Made by a program: the position numbers and the translations under genes
The notes under the pieces: model-generated
Database searches by the model: none
What the model was told of the DNA's origin: nothing
Seen by the model: the letters and a program-made list of their open reading frames with translations, nothing else
NCBI GenBank assembly: GCA_037379345.1
Contig: CM074513.1
Span: 33,166,885-33,230,884 of the forward strand
Source: Perna viridis
Taxonomy: Eukaryota
Length of the DNA: 64,000 nt
Reading direction: 5' to 3'
In this document: one piece after another, positions 27,683 to 39,200 of the stretch
Position numbering within the stretch: the stretch's first letter is position 1
Layout of the letters: every line of letters starts with the position of its first letter

Positions 27683-28698
27683 TCAATAAAAGGTCATCTT
27701 TATGTACCAAGGCCAACTTGTTGTGGGAAATAAAATAATTGTTTTGTCCAATTCGTACTGGTATCGGATGAGTATTTTCTGACTGTTTTCCAACGTTTTT
27801 ACAAAGATGCGTCCGTCATTTGTCCAGAAGGAGGACAGTTCATGATTACGCCTGGCAAGATTGCAAAGAAAAATGATGCTCTGTCTGTATTTGGTAAGGT
27901 CTTCAGTAATTATTGCGCCTTCTGGATTCCCTTTGAACTCTTTCTTTTTACTGTAGAGAGGGTTTTTAACTTTCCAGTTACGGAAACGGCATATGATTTG
28001 GGCCTTACCTCGTCGGTCAATTTCACCAATGATGTGGGATCTAAAAATATCATCTTCTGAAATTTGATCACCAAGCATTTGGTTACAAATGCTAACTTTT
28101 TTGTTGTCTGTTTCTTGAAACTCATGTTGTAGCAGTGGTACATTGTGGAACCTCAGTGAGTTGCGGCGACCATATTGTTCAAGCACTTCAATTTGATCTT
28201 CTAGTTTGTAAGCATAATCTGTGAGGCTTTGATTTTGATCCTCAACCTGCTCAATAACTTTAGATAATTCTGTGATACGCTCATCTTGTTTTACTAATTT
28301 ATTTTCGGATTTTGACACTGCATCGCTTACAGCTTTTCCTGTGATTGGCTCAATTATATCCGTTACAACTGCTTCTATGGCATCTGCCATTTTAGCTACC
28401 AATGAGTTTATGAATTTTGGGCTTGAAAACACTTCTTTGAGGGTGGTATTTATTAATCCACTCGTGTTACACTTTTCCCCTATAATGGTTTGAATGTAAC
28501 CGGTTCATGTGATGAGCCTGGCTGACTTACACGGGACAGGTCCGGAGCCGAGCTACCCAACGGGGATGGTAATGGATGACGGTGTGGTGGACTATCAACA
28601 TTTTGGCTCAGTGCTTGCCGTTTACGGGGGTTGTTAGTTCCATCACTCTTATTGCTTGGTGTGTTTGGTATATCAGTCTTTGATACGTTGGATGACAT
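27683..28698 (-). pseudogene. LINE ORF1 (coiled coil + L1/CR1-type RRM/CTD RNA-binding protein), one frameshift near 28440-28480
   Basis: Coiled-coil stretch followed by LEQYGRRNSLRFHNVP, IICRF, IITEDLT and WTNDGRIFVK motifs. The N-terminal 72-aa piece is in another frame. Confidence 0.8.
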
Positions 28699-29399
28699 TA
28701 CAATTTTCTATGTTTGAATGTTTGTTTACGTTTAAGCGGTCTGTTCGATCAATATACAGAAGTGTAACCACGGGTCAAATATTCTTCTTTTACAAATCTT
28801 TACAAGTCAGTCTGAATAAATTTACCAGTTCTTTTTATGTTTTCTATGAATATTCAGTCAGTGACCATTTTTGCGATGATAAGCATAAAATATAACATGT
28901 ACATTTCCGAAATTTTCTTTGAAGTTTTACTTAGCTGTTTACACCTGTCGCCATCTTGTCCCGAATCTCGATTTATTTATTTATTTTATAGCACTAAGTT
29001 CACAGTTGTGATTTAAATTAATAACTAAATTAATACAAATATTTACTTTTTTTTGTAACTAAATATTGATTGAGGACAGGTTAATGAAGTTATTGTGTGT
29101 TGTTTTCTTATGAAAAAATATATATTAAGGAAACTATATAAGTATTTTTTTTATATTAATTTTAAAGCACTAATGTAACATCAGACTTAAGTAAACATTT
29201 ATAAAACAATACACAATAAATAACCACTACAACACATATAGCACACAGATTACACATTAGTTACACACAAGTCTATTAAAGTTCATGAATCTATTCGAGG
29301 TGAAGAAGGTGGTATGCTGCATCCCCAGACTGTTTGGTTGTGATCTCTTGGTTACTTTGTCTGTTCTTTAGGTCAGCTTATCTGCTACGTACTTGATCA

Positions 29400-29730
29400 T
29401 TGTCAGTTGATGGCTTCCTTATGTTTCAGTAGTTTGATGAGTTTGAAGAGGTTAGGACGTGGGTGCTGTGTATGTTTCTTCAAGTTGCTGTGCCAGCCCT
29501 CTAGATGGTTGGTAGATCTTGGTCCCTGGGTATCGTAGTGGTTCCATAAGTGTCTGTTCTGTTCTACCCAGTATTTTGTAAAATAGTCTGCGAATGGAGT
29601 GAAGTTGGTGTCAGTTTCGACCTGATCTATATCTGTGAGGGCATTAAACTATACATCTTCGACTTCAGCAGTAGGAATTAGTGGGAGTACAGCTGCACGA
29701 CGTACTAGTTTGTGGAGGTTGTTGTGTAGG
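29400..29730 (-). mobile_element. Mutator-like (MULE) transposase C-terminal fragment
   Basis: Manual translation LHKLVRRAAVLPLIPTAEVEDV*F...FADYFTKYWV...WNHYDTQGPRSTNHLEGWHSNLKK...PNLFKLIKLLK. The WN...RTxNxxEGWH signature is typical of animal MULE transposases. Confidence 0.75.
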
Positions 29731-29899
29731 TGATATTTAATTAATCTTAAATGCTATAAAACAAATTAACTATATATATAAACATCTATTGTTACATGCA
29801 TGTGGGAATAGGAGGAATAGTGATTATCATAGGCCTGTCATGTAGTAGTTAGATTACAGGTATTTGACCTTATGAAAGGTGACGGGATTATATTCCGAC

Positions 29900-30525
29900 G
29901 CAGTCGGTATTGCGTCCGCGCTATGACATACGTGACGTCCATGATGCTTAACCATTGCAACCTAACCGATGTAGCTTATAACCTCGAATTGGACAAATAT
30001 GATAGCAACCGTGAAATGAAAGGCTTCTTTAGGGGCATTGGTGTCCGGGATATTTTCGATCACTTTTATAGATTGAATTATTGGAAATAACAAATAATAT
30101 AATTGAAATTTGAAACAAAGTACAATGATCACACAGTTCACCAAATAAAATCTTATTAAGGTTTTGTTATTAACACAGCGAGCATATGCGTCGGCTATCT
30201 TTTTTCCGACACATCGGTATTGAGTTCGCTTTGACGTCACGTGGCATACATGATGCTTAACCATGGCAACCTATATTGATGTAGATCAGGACCTCGCATT
30301 TCATTCGAAAAAATGTGATAGCAACCGTGAAATTTAAGGGTCCACGGGGGGCATTGATATCCGGAATATTTTCAATCACTTTTATATATTGAATAATCTT
30401 TTATATACTGAATAATTAGAAATAGTTTATTTGTTGGACCAATAAAATAATTGATATACGAAAACCGTTTTAATCAGTTTTGTGTATTAGCAAAGGAAGG
30501 ATATGCGTCGGCTATCTTTTTTCAA
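29900..30525. repeat. Diverged tandem duplication, ~310-bp unit, about 2 copies
   Basis: catgatgcttaacca..gcaaccta, gatagcaaccgtgaaat, cacttttata and atatgcgtcggctatcttttttt each occur twice, ~310 bp apart. Confidence 0.75.
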
Positions 30526-31099
30526 AGATAGTACTTTTTTTAATGAAACAAATGTTTATTTCTTTGACCACTCTTCAGAGTCTCGTTGTCAAACTTTTAC
30601 AATGCCACAAACTAAGAAAACGCCATGATCAAAGATTTGATATACCATATAAAAGATCTTGTTGCGAGCACCGCGAAGCGGTGTGAGGTGTTAAGGTTTC
30701 CCAATATACTAACGAAAAAAGTCATGTTCCGGAAGTAACGAAATGACTGTCCTTATGGAGAAAATTCATCGCTTCCTTAAACCAAACAAATAAAAATACA
30801 TAGGTTAAGATTAAGTTTCAGTAAAAATAAATTCATCTTTAATGATAGTTTCGAGTCTTTCTCTATTTTTTTACTTATTGAAAGTAGTCAATGTAATGTT
30901 TTTAAAAAGTTCGGGATATACGTAGATGTACATACGAGTATCTCCGTTGTTCCACCGTGGCTGTTGTCAAGAACCTAACCCGCCATGGGGAAAAATATAA
31001 CTCCGATTATATTATCAAAATCGAAGCATAGCTTTTCTAAGATAGGAAAGGCAACCATTTTTTTGTTTGGACTTTGCAGCTGTCGTCTGTTTACGTCAC

Positions 31100-32621
31100 A
31101 TCTGTCTGTGGACATCTATAAAGGGGTTCCACAGGGGTCAATTTCGGGACCGGTCCTTTTTAATATCTTTATTAACGATATATTTCAATTTATTTCGAAA
31201 AGTAACTTATATAACTATGCTGATGACAATACTTATCATATAGCAGCAATGATCTACAAAGTACTGTAAACACTCTGGAACTGGAGAGTAGTATTTTAAT
31301 CAAATGGTTCTCAGACAATCACATGAAAACCATCCTGACAAGTTTCAGGGTATTGCGATTGGCAGTAAGACTCAAAAAGAGAACATTAGTTTTAATTTAG
31401 ATGAAAATGATATCCTCTGAGAATGAGGTAAATCTACTTGGTATAACATTTGATTTTAAATTGAACTTTAAGAGCCATATCTCTAATGTATGTAAGGCAT
31501 CACAACAATTAAATGTATTAAAAAGAATTGGAAATCATCTCAGTAAATTTGGTAAACTTGCATTATTCTTTTAAACTAGCAAATTTCAACTTTGTCCATT
31601 AGTATGGCATTTTTGTAATGAAAGCTGTACAAAAAGTTTCAAGAAAGAGCTTTGTAAACGCTTTATTTATAATGATGATAAAAGTACATATGAAGAGCTG
31701 TTAATAAAGTCTAAGATGCCATCCTTAAGAGTTAGACGACTGAGATTTTTAGCTATACATTTATATAAAATAATAAACAAACTTATATCCTGTATACTTA
31801 TATGATATGATAACTGTTAAAGAAAGTTCTTACTCTTTTAGGTACACAAACTTGGTGAACATACCAAGAGTAAACACAACCAGGTATGGCCTGCACTCTG
31901 TCAGTTATGGGGCAGCTAAACTGTGGAACCAACTTCCAAATGAATTAAGAGGGGACATGGGACTTGATCAAATTAAAAGTTTGATAAATAAGTGGGAGGG
32001 GGGGATGTTCTTGCCAATAGTTTGGCTTACCCAAGTGACAGGTGCAACATCATCTCCTTAAAATCTTTCATTTATTATAATAATCCTGGCATGTTAATTT
32101 TAATGCTTTTAGCTGCTTAGAAGCATCTGCTTTTAAATTTAGTCTGCATTGCTTTTATTATAATGGTTTTTTATGTGCTTGAATACTTGCATGTTATTTA
32201 TATTTGTATGTCATGTTGCTTTAAGTTTTTGTGTATGCATTTCTTGTGTTTATTTATGTCGATTTTAAAAGCTGTACAGGGGCGTAGCTAGGCCTGTTTC
32301 AGTTGTACGGAAAATTACGGCGAGGTCTTGGGGGGGGGGGTCGCTCAAGGCCCCAATGAGTCCGACAAGGCAAAGCCCTGAGGGAAACTCCTGAATTTTA
32401 ACGATTTTGGAGCCAGTTTTTCAGAGCCTATACTACGTTCATGGTATGCATATGTGATAAATAACCTTTATTTCATCTTTAAAATGCGTGTTTTTATTTT
32501 TGTTACTTTTCCCGAAAGTACGCAAGTGCGTATTTGCATATAGGCAGCTACGCCCCTGTCTACAGAGCTTATGTTTCTTGTTTGATATATCGACTTTAAT
32601 TAAGTTTACTTGACTAGACTT
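31100..32621 (+). mobile_element. 5'-truncated LINE (L2/Crack/CR1 group) RT fragment with 3' stem-loop and (acttg)-like tail
   Basis: KGVPQGSISGPVLFNIFINDIF...YNYADDN, then frameshifted HPDKFQ and VNIPRVNTTRYGLHSVSYGAAKLWNQLP. Ends in tttacttgactagactt. Confidence 0.85.
32277..32558. mobile_element. MITE nested in the LINE 3' end
   Basis: Perfect 13-bp TIRs CAGGGGCGTAGCT / AGCTACGCCCCTG. Flanks TGTA / TCTA look like a 4-bp TSD with one mismatch. Confidence 0.85.
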
Positions 32622-33099
32622 TTTGTCACGTTATGTATGTAAAATATTCGCACCATCCGTTGTGAACTGTAATATTTCCGGTATCTGTAAAGATTGGTCT
32701 GACCGGCTAAAACTGAAATGGGTGTTGCTTGAGATGCCCTTGAGGTATAAAAAATATAAAGTATTGCTTAGTGCTATAAAGTTATCGTCCATTTTGAGAG
32801 CGAGGGGGAAAAGGTGGGTATGGGGTTGGAATTTTGGAGAGAAAAAATATTTCAAGTTATTTATTAAAAAAAAAAACCATTAATTAACAAGATAGATTTT
32901 CAAATAGAAATATTGATTTAGCTTGCTGCTTAAATATAAATAAAACATTGTACATGTATGGTAAAGCTCGCGGTGCTCGCTGATTTAGACAATTCCTACC
33001 CCATATTATGGGTATATTCAGGGACTCAGTATTGTTGCGATATTGGATATTGGAGAGGAAAAAATGGTAGTTACATCCGGTGTACTTATTCTCGGGCTT

Positions 33100-33256
33100 T
33101 GTCGTGTCGGAAGCGAAAAGTCTCGAGGACACTAGTTCAAAATGGCAACGATGTTACGGTGCCACCAGGAAGGTCTTTCAAAAACTCTTAAAAGTTAGCG
33201 AAAGTAATGAAACGTTGTGAAAACTTTGTTATTTGGTTGCTCAATTTGGCCAAGAG
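33100..33256 (+). promoter_or_regulatory. Putative SMG5 promoter / 5' leader with two uORFs
   Basis: Locally CpG-richer. ETS-like CGGAAG (~33108) and YY1-like AAAATGGC (~33139). uORFs at 33142-33198 and 33207-33260. The TSS is unknown. Confidence 0.5.
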
Positions 33257-36200
33257 ATGAAGAAAGGGGCCGATAAAACCGGGGAAACGAAGCCTGATGT
33301 CGATAAAGCTAAACGTGTTTACAGGTGAGATATAATATTGATATTCTGTTCATTAACTGTTACGACGTCATCAAATTGTCTATTTCCTTTTGTCCTGTCT
33401 CTATATTTTAAGGGGTATTGTATATTGTTGTCTGTTTACCTAACTTCCTTATGTCATTTGTCTGAAGTCTAACACCAACAGTGTATGTTTAGATTGAGTG
33501 CTTATTTATTGACGTACGTTACTCATTAGTGGAATCCGAGTTGCTGATTTGATTTTGTCATTTTGTATGTATTATTTTAGTTGTTATTTGTTGTGTTTGT
33601 CTGTTCTTTGTCCCTGGATTACATTCTTTTGATTACCACCAGAACCTTGGTTCCTTTGATTATTCTTAGATCAATAATCAAACCAAGGAAGTACATGTAA
33701 TTCCATTTCACATAAACAGAGGGTTTTTTTTGCTCCACTTGACCCATAAATGGTCTCTTTGTGACTTTTTAATGTCAGAGAAACAATGAATTTTTTAAGG
33801 GGATTTCAGTATGAAGACAACCAGAAAATATGTGATTCTCCCCATCAGCAAATGTTAATACATTTATTCTTTGTTTAAGCATTTAATTATATGTCAGATC
33901 ATATTCTGTATCATGCTTCATTTAGTTTCTTACACTCACATTGAACATTGTACAGTGTTTTTGTTGCCTAGTTATGGATATCCTGTTTCTTGTTATTATT
34001 ATAGTTTCCTTGACTTAACTTAAACATCAGGATAACCTCAATAATGGATTGTAAAAAGGTGGTTCTTTCTCCCTATTGTTAAACCTGTAATATTTCTGTT
34101 AATCAGATTGTTCAGTGTATTTGACTCTATTGTTGATCATTCTTTTTATTATATAATTTTAGGGCTGCCCTTGAGGCCATAAGAAGATTAGATGATATAT
34201 CTAAGCAGAAAAAGGCATATAGAGAAGTATTCCACCAAGATGCTGTAGGACTGAGAAACAAGTATATATTGTTATAATGTCATTAAGAGTAACAAATAAG
34301 AGGATCCATCTACCGAATAGAATTAAATGAAACTTTCATGAATCATTATAACATGTTCCCATTGTGCACCTCCTATTTTAGATTTTGATCTGAATCAGTT
34401 TAGGAGTTTCACGAAGCAAAACATAGATTTGTCATTTATGAAAACATGGACATTGGGAGATCCATCTCATATCTATTACTCCTCCTACACCACTGAATGG
34501 AATGTTGTAATATGGGGAGTTGGGGGTATCAAGTTAGTGAGCATTGCTCACAATTTTTGTAGTTTTTACAGATTTTACAATCAGTTTACTGTCTTTTGTC
34601 AAAGCCTTCTACAGGATATAATCTTCTTTATTTTCACTTTATAATGGACTTGTCTTACAACAAAAGTGGTAAAAAATGATAGAGGTGTATCGATACACTT
34701 CCTTGACCATATTTCAAATGTACTTTGAATGAGATGTTTAAAATTGGTACGAATGTCAAGGTTATATATTTTTTTTTAAAATGGCAAGAGTTTGCCATGT
34801 TTAGCATTGCCCTTCAAGGCCTTGTTTAGAATATTGCTTCATGCGTCAATAAACTGAAGTAATACATGTAACTAGCTTATAAAAATTTAATCAGTTAATC
34901 ATTTTCAACAAAATAAAAAAACTGGTAATTTGTGGATATTAGAAAAAAATCGTTGTGTTATAAGCATATGAAGATTAAAAATTTACAGATAAATTTTACT
35001 TCAGCTTAAGAAAATGTTCTTATCAGGAATATTCACTCATACATGTAGAATAAATGATGATAGAGGCATTTTGTAAGTCATTTTAATTTTTCAGGTTAAA
35101 AGAATATTGTGAGAGACTTATGTTTTATAACCCATCTGATTATGGCAGAAAGGCAGAGGAAGTGTTATGGAGAAAGGTCTACTATGAGATTATACAATTG
35201 ATGAAACATAACAGAAAGGTAAGATTACTGTGGCTCAATTTGGCGGGTGTTCACTGGTTTTGAGGTGATACTGACCAATTTGTTACCAACAAATAGAAAA
35301 ATATTTGACGCCATGCCAGCCTAAAACTTGTGTGCTTTAAACTATTGAATCAGAACTGTTTCAAAATTAATTTCTCAAACTTGGAATAAATTTGATGGAA
35401 GACATTAATATGCATCTACTCTTATTAAGTTTCATTATTTGTTGTGTTTTATATGCCTCATCCCACTTGCTAATTTGGTGATGGGAGTTTGGGTCTGTCT
35501 TCCATCCATCCTTTTTCCTTCCTTTATATAACGGGGGCATCTTTTTTATGTTACTCCTCCTTCACCTTTGAATGGAAGACTTGAAAGAAACTTTCACAGA
35601 ATTCTTATTACATGTTCTCAGACATTGTGCACCTTTCATTTTAGATTTATGACATATTTCCATTGTGCATCTGCTATTTTAGATTTTGAATCCAAATCAA
35701 TATTGAGGTCAAAAGGTGAATGTTATTTCATGGGGGTGTGTAGATGCACTAAATCATGAATGGCTAAAAATCATTCTGTTGTAAGGGATGGATGTCAGAA
35801 ATGACTTATGTAGTAAGGAAGTGGTTGTTTAATTTTTAAAGAAAACACGTTGTATATGTAATAAAGAAATCTAGAATATTTCTGTCAGTCGAGACATCAT
35901 CCACGACAAGTACAAATACGTGTTGTTCCGTCCCTCATGTGCAAAGCCTAAAATCATTTAAGAAAGATACTGATTGACTCATTCATCTTTGATTGTGTTA
36001 AACATTATAATCCCCATCAAAGTTGTAATCATTGAATGAAATACTTGTTTCATTTTAGCACATCAGAATGGGAAGTTCATTAGAAGCAGCTTTTCGTACC
36101 CATCTATCATCAGCAACAGGGTACTACTATCACCTCTTATTCAGATTACAGCAAGAGTTTGGTCTTAAACTGAATGGCATCCTAGACTTTAACCTTGTTC

Positions 36201-39200
36201 CAGAACAAAAATCAGGTACATGTTACAGTTGTTCTCACCGCCTTTAAAATATGATATCTTATGAATATTTTCTAGCTAAAACTTCTTCAAAATGTCAAAA
36301 TTTTATGGGAACTTATGTCATGTGAACTTTGAAAATGATTTATTCTTGTAAACTATTCTAGGTGTTTTATTACTAGAGCTATTTATAGAAAGAAACTGAA
36401 CTTAACTTCTGGGGTCCTATGATATGGTGAATCGAACCATTGGAGAAGCTTTTTTATATATTTTGACCCATTTTCAAATTAGTGTAAAGGGACCTAACTA
36501 AACTTTTTTTATTTGAGCAAAAACAAAGTGGTTGTTGCTGATTCTAACCAGGTATTTGATAGTTTGATATTTTGATAAATAATTATTATTTTGATTTATA
36601 TTGAAATTTGATATTAGGCTCCATTTTCATGTTAATTTAAAGAAGGGTGAAATGGGTTCAAAATAATGATTTTTTTTTATTTCCATAAGATTTTGGTGTT
36701 TTACTAATTGGATTATTTAATATACTTAGTCTAGCTATGTATTTAGATTTTTTAATTTGGACCCTTTCAAGATTTTAAGCTCTTAGACAATACTCATTCT
36801 GTGTCATAAATCTATACTGTGTCATATACCAGTATATTATCACATATGTATCAAACTTAAATTTTATGAACATTTGTCAATTGTTCCATAATTAGTTATG
36901 CAAGCATTACTTAGTCAAATAGTAAAAAATAAAAACAATCCCTATTATTTGATTTCTAATTGATTCCAGTCCAAAGGAGACGTTCGTTTATGGCCAATTT
37001 TGCACTCAAAATTTGAAATTGTTCAAAATAAAGATTTTTATCATTTTTGTACACTTAAGTGTTTACACCAGCGAGTTTGATGAGATTTAGGGCAAAACAG
37101 GGAAGCATCTGGTCATTGTAGTACCACGATATTGCCTAATTGATGCAAAAGCCATAAAATCTCAATATTTCAGCATATTTTTGACAGTTTTTGTGAAAAA
37201 CAGATGTGGCCACATGCATGTTCATTCTTGATCTTTATATATATATTGTAATATTGAAAGATACAACATATTTGTCAATATTTTGAATAAACATGGATGC
37301 AGCCACTTCCATTTTAGGCTAAAACCATAGAAAAATATGTGCAAAAATGCAACAAAATTGAAGAATTCACTAATATTGTGTTAATTTTGACCTCTATTAA
37401 GTCAAAAACATTCATGATGTCACCTAAATCGACTGAGATGTACATGTTGTATTTACTACAACCATTATGCTTTCAAATAAACTAAGTAGTATAGACCAAA
37501 ACTAATCTTTCAAAAACGTTGAATACTGGGGCAAAATAGGGCCTTACCAGACATACTCCTTTGGATTTGATCCTCAATTGAAATTTTATTTAGTTTAGGA
37601 TTACATTTCGTATTTGAATTATTTTGACATTTATGCCATCACCGTACTATACCAGTTTATACAAAATAACGTATGTTGCATAAAAAACACTCTACCAATC
37701 AAGAGGCTATTACCAACAAAATTAATAAAAGATTTACTTGTCTCATTTTTTGATAGTTAAGATGTTTTTCAGTGATGAGAAAAATGGGATTGGCCAACAG
37801 TGTGAAGAAACGAGACTACAGCCCAACAGTTCAGACCTGGGCCATGTGGGCCTGTCATCGTTGCTTGGTGTGTCTTGGTGATATTGGTGAGTTCTGTTTA
37901 CCTAAACTTCAAATTATGACTTTTTCAGAAAAAAAATGGTCAAATATTCATAAAATTAAATTATAAGTAACACCAAAAACCCCAAAACACTAACATAGTT
38001 AAAAGAAAAAAAAAGAAAAAGAGTGTTACATGAGAACATAGAAAAAAATAACAGTATGTATCGCATTTTTTATACCCTCACTTGTTAAAGGGTGTACAGC
38101 AGCAAATATTTTTCACATGAAATTTATGTTAATCAAGCTTCAAAGGAAATTCACATGATTTTCAGGCGAAATTCACTTCTTATGAATTTCATGTGAAGAA
38201 TTCATGTGAATTTCACGTGAAGGTCTGATTCACCTAAAATTCATGTCATAAAGTTTATTTGCTTAATTCAGTGAAAATCTTGTGAAATTCGTGTAAAAAT
38301 CATCTGAAATAAATTTGTCTGTGTATATAGTGAAAGGAATGACTACCAGTTTTTTCTTCCTTTGGCTACTCACATAGATAACCATCCATTATCTGTTACT
38401 CCTCCTACACCATTGTATGAAATGTAATGAAACTTTCACAGAATCTTCATTACGTATTCCCATAGTGCTGTAAAGTGTGCCTCTTATTTAAGATTTTGAT
38501 CAAAATCACTTTGGAGGTCAAGAGGAACATGTTATTAAATGGGGAGTGGGGGAATCGTGTTATTGAGCACTGCTCACAGTTTTCTACTTTAAATGTCAAT
38601 AAACCACCTGTAAGGAAAATAGTAGTCCAATATTAACTGATCTGTCAAGAAGACAAAACTATTATATACCGGTACATCAAATGTGTTAAGACTAAAGCTA
38701 CATTTAAGGTAGACCTAGGGTAAGGGACATAACTCTTGAAATCAGTGATATGTTTGTATCATATTCAATTTCACCAAAGCCCATCAAGCTTCCATTTGAA
38801 ACAGAATGAAATCAGTCCAAGTTTTTTTTATGCTTACATGAGATTTATGTAAGATGCTGAATACAAATGTTCCAATGATTTATAGGAGTTTTGCCCTATA
38901 ACTTAGGTCTACTTTCTTAACTGCAAACCTTTCTTTATTATGCTGAGATTTCCAACCCAAAGATTGTTATGCCTTCTTACGTTTTCATTTAAGTAGAACC
39001 TCTTAGTGATTTGGTTTCCTTTTACGATACTTTTGGTTTTGAATACTTTTATTTTTGGATTTTGATCTTCCTATATATTTGATTCTAATGAGCACTGCTA
39101 ATGATATATTACTCCTTGATACACTGAACAGCATCATATCAAAATTTGATATATTTATATATTACATTGCATCATTGACAAGTCAAGTAGCAATCTTTAT

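Larger units (their letters stand above)
22890..28963 (-). mobile_element. Near full-length degenerate CR1-group non-LTR retrotransposon (LINE)
   Basis: 5' end carries a YY1-like AAGATGGCG (28957-28949). ORF1 follows, then ORF2 remnants in the order APE endonuclease, RT, C-terminal CCHC (CTCG..EDSIHFFLQC), then an AT-rich 3' UTR. Many stops and frameshifts; ends approximate. Confidence 0.9.
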
